Source: Dehalococcoidia bacterium
Lineage (GTDB): Bacteria > Chloroflexota > Dehalococcoidia > UBA6926
Reading direction: 5' to 3'
NCBI GenBank assembly: GCA_012271225.1
Contig: JAAXGS010000083.1
Span: 1 to 27,953 of the forward strand
Length of the DNA stretch: 27,953 bases
The position numbers and the translations under genes were made by a program. Positions within the stretch are counted from its first letter, which is position 1; every line of letters starts with the position of its first letter. The notes under the pieces are model-generated. The model worked only from the letters and a program-made list of their open reading frames with translations. It had not been told where the DNA came from and searched no databases. This document shows, in pieces, positions 26,829-27,953 of this stretch.

Positions 26829-27749
26829 TCATGCTCCCGCGTCCGGCGTGTCTGTAATGCCGTAATTCCGTTCCCACCAGCCGTAATCGACGCTCGTCTC
26901 CTCCACCTGCTGAACCGTGATGCCAATCCTCAACTCACGGAGTCTTTCAAGCAGCGCGTCTCCGTCCAGGAGGTCGATCGGCACCGCTCCCTCGCGGCTC
27001 GCCTCACGGATAGCGTCCTGCGTGAACGTTCCCGTTGTGATGAGCAAGCCGCGCTCCGTGCGGCGGCCCAGAGACCCGCGGAATTCCCGCACGACGGGCG
27101 AGCCGACGCTGCCCTTGTAGCGCTTGCACTGGAAGGAAACAAGAAAGCTGATGAGCCCCGCCACGCGCAGTGTGCCATGTCCGTCGATGCCGCCGTCGCC
27201 GCTGCGACCGGTGACTGTTACTTCGCTAAAACCGGACCGGCGGAGCATGAGTTGGCAGAGGCGTTCAAAATCGCCCGGGCTCATGGAGAGCAGGATTCCT
27301 CGCAGTTGCTCCCGCCAGAGGGTATCCCCGTCCGGATCAGCCTCCTCTATCTCAGATTCAGTCTCGACCGGAGGCTCCGCCGCCTTCCTCTCCCGCACGA
27401 TTCGATTGGCTTCTCGAACGATCTTGGCCGAATCCACCTCTAATGTCTCTCGGCCAAGTTTCGTCAGCGCCCAGACGTAATAGCCATTGGATTCAGACGC
27501 TTGCTCCAAGTAGCCGCACGTCATGAGTTCAAAGCGGGCCCAACTCAGACGGGTTCTCAGGCGTGACTGGCCGCTGGGTGTCGTGTCCTCCAGTACATCC
27601 TCCCGCAGGGACAGGGCAGAGATAATTTGAGCCTCTATCTCAGGGCTTGTCGCGCTCCCGCCCAGGGTGCGCATCGCGTTCAGGATGGGGTTGTGCAGCA
27701 CACCCTTGGTTGGCGTGCCGAAATCGGAACGTGCAGGCTCTGTGGTCAT
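26829..27749 (-). CDS. mrr: Mrr-family type IV restriction endonuclease (Mrr_N + Mrr_cat)
   Basis: N-terminal PILNAMRTLGGSA...RLRTRLSWARFEL wHTH; FERLCQLML, TGRSGDGGIDG, FQCKRY, GLLITTGTFT, IDLLDG. Confidence 0.92.
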   Translation of the reverse strand: MTTEPARSDFGTPTKGVLHNPILNAMRTLGGSATSPEIEAQIISALSLREDVLEDTTPSGQSRLRTRLSWARFELMTCGYLEQASESNGYYVWALTKLGRETLEVDSAKIVREANRIVRERKAAEPPVETESEIEEADPDGDTLWREQLRGILLSMSPGDFERLCQLMLRRSGFSEVTVTGRSGDGGIDGHGTLRVAGLISFLVSFQCKRYKGSVGSPVVREFRGSLGRRTERGLLITTGTFTQDAIREASREGAVPIDLLDGDALLERLRELRIGITVQQVEETSVDYGWWERNYGITDTPDAGA

Positions 27750-27769
27750 CTTTCACCGCTATTTGACAG

Positions 27770-27805
27770 TGGGTGCTGGGCGGGTTGCAACCCGCCCAGC
27801 ACCCA
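27770..27805. repeat. Perfect 36-bp palindrome (REP-like or terminator-like)
   Basis: TGGGTGCTGGGCGGGTTGCAACCCGCCCAGCACCCA is its own reverse complement. Confidence 0.85.
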
Positions 27806-27847
27806 TACGCCCGGGGAATCCTGTGAGCGGGCGGACGGACGCGCGCC

Positions 27848-27953
27848 CTACGGCGCGCGGCTTGGGCGCGCCATCTGCGACTGCGCGACCGTGTCCTCCT
27901 CAATGAAGCGGTCATTCATGTACTGGAATCCGGCGCGCATCCCCTGCTCCGCC
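27848..27953 (-). CDS. 3' end of a gene truncated by the window edge (product unknown)
   Basis: Open frame AEQGMRAGFQYMNDRFIEEDTVAQSQMARPSRAP* with host-like GC3 codon usage. Confidence 0.5.
   Translation of the reverse strand, partial: AEQGMRAGFQYMNDRFIEEDTVAQSQMARPSRAP

Noticed and set aside
1-27953. tRNA/rRNA genes, transposases, integrases, cas genes, reverse transcriptases
   Set aside because: No recognisable motifs in any ORF or intergenic region by eye.

Overview
GC-rich bacterial window. Gene style (PrmA, PpsA, fused CoA-transferase, Pro/Thr-rich lipoprotein, giant cadherin/Fn3 surface protein) suggests a Chloroflexota (Dehalococcoidia/SAR202-like), possibly host-associated, organism; this is inference only. 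The window opens on the first base of a 37-nt CRISPR repeat with no cas genes in view. Next come a cryptic minus-strand pair (phage-like DUF6197/DUF3072-like protein and an 82-aa two-TM protein) separated by a solitary type I-E-like repeat inside a 9-bp inverted repeat, then a vapBC module. These are followed by a 2492-aa cadherin/Fn3/Calx-beta adhesin with a structured long leader, a DUF2339 membrane protein with a recent 405-nt duplication, ppsA, and a GldA/F/G-like ABC + DUF4340 cassette. The last part holds prmA-HAD-hypothetical, a divergent CbiB-like gene whose 3' end is duplicated in a small downstream ORF, a low-GC lipoprotein, a two-domain class III CoA-transferase with one apparently inactive half, and mrr. 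Family names come from motif recognition, not database searches. The best candidates for something new are the CRISPR-trailer module (1-1183) and a CX6C domain repeated three times in the adhesin, once inserted inside an Fn3 domain.
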